A stretch of 64,000 bases of DNA from an uncultured Methanomicrobiales archaeon (GTDB taxonomy: Archaea > Halobacteriota > Methanomicrobia > Methanomicrobiales > Methanospirillaceae): the NCBI GenBank assembly GCA_963697895.1, contig OY969100.1, positions 480,001 through 544,000 of the forward strand, in the 5' to 3' direction. The number at the start of each line of letters is the position of its first letter. Within the stretch, counting starts at the first letter, position 1. The translations under genes and the position numbers were made by a program. Shown here in pieces: positions 63,462-64,000 of this stretch. The notes beneath the pieces are model-generated. The model was not told where the DNA came from and made no database searches. It saw only the letters and a list, made by a program, of their open reading frames with translations.

Positions 63462-64000
63462 TTATTCTTCACTTTTTTCTTCCGCAGTCGGACGCAGAAA
63501 CTTCTCCATCAGCACGATCTCCTGGATATCAGGTATTGCCTCGAAGGCTTCATGAACGATCCGGCTTCGCCAGAGCACCCATCTCCGGTCATACGCGATC
63601 CCCGGAGGGAGGGTGATCGTCATCTTTCCTGCTTTCATGGTAAGGTCGAGGTCACGCCCAGAATAGAGCTGGATGAGGCCTTTCATCTGTTCCTTGGCGC
63701 TTTCGACGCTCGCCTCGATGGTATAGGTATAATGGAGGCTTTTTCCTGAAAGAGGATGATTAAAATCAACAATAACCCTGCTCCCAATCGTGTCGATTAC
63801 CACGCCTTCGCCTTTCTCCTCGATCTTGACATGCATTCCTTTCGAAGGCTTCTCCTTGAACACATTTTTCGGAAAAGACTCTATTCGCTCGGGATCGTGT
63901 GGTCCGAATGCTTTTTCAGGTGGGATCTCGATCTCCCCCGTGTATCCGACCTCTTTTCCAGGGAGGTCATCGTCGAGCCCCAGAATGACATGGCGGCTTC
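63462..64000 (-). CDS. Long-type archaeal FKBP peptidyl-prolyl isomerase (5' end outside the window)
   Basis: HVILGLD..L, IPPEKAFG and VIVDFNHPLSGKSL motifs plus the archaeal C-terminal extension. Confidence 0.88.
   Translation of the reverse strand, partial: SRHVILGLDDDLPGKEVGYTGEIEIPPEKAFGPHDPERIESFPKNVFKEKPSKGMHVKIEEKGEGVVIDTIGSRVIVDFNHPLSGKSLHYTYTIEASVESAKEQMKGLIQLYSGRDLDLTMKAGKMTITLPPGIAYDRRWVLWRSRIVHEAFEAIPDIQEIVLMEKFLRPTAEEKSEE

Overview
Chromosomal window from a methanogenic archaeon, most likely Methanomicrobiales (Methanoregula/Methanolinea-like). The assignment rests on the PGF-CTERM S-layer-type glycoprotein, cysteate synthase with fused comDE, methanogenesis marker 16, aIF5A and BRE/TATA promoters. 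Housekeeping genes: dnaJ end, Trm11-type methylase, NAD kinase, IMPase/FBPase, aIF5A-speB, RNase HI, Mrp, hxlB, aminotransferase, M42 peptidase, CBS-PPase, carA-carB-argG, pdaD, mobA, purB and FKBP. DNA repair genes: uvrA-uvrC-uvrB, alkA, family-4 UDG, ogt and XPD. The window also holds one tRNA-Arg(GCG), several surface proteins and an orphan DNA methyltransferase. I saw no CRISPR array, rRNA or mobile element. Thirteen single-base frameshifts (12 apparent insertions, 1 deletion) interrupt otherwise intact genes and look like long-read assembly errors. Best candidates for undescribed systems: (1) a six-gene coenzyme M operon headed by an orphan ABC ATPase, a Cys-rich G3E GTPase and an Fe-S protein, with a divergent HTH regulator, possibly a maturation module for CoM synthase; (2) a lipoprotein fusing a PEGA domain to an archaellin head domain that lacks the pilin helix; (3) a bacterial-type Lys/Arg/Orn decarboxylase plus antiporter operon with a third, membrane-anchored unknown gene. 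All family assignments come from motif recognition, not database searches.
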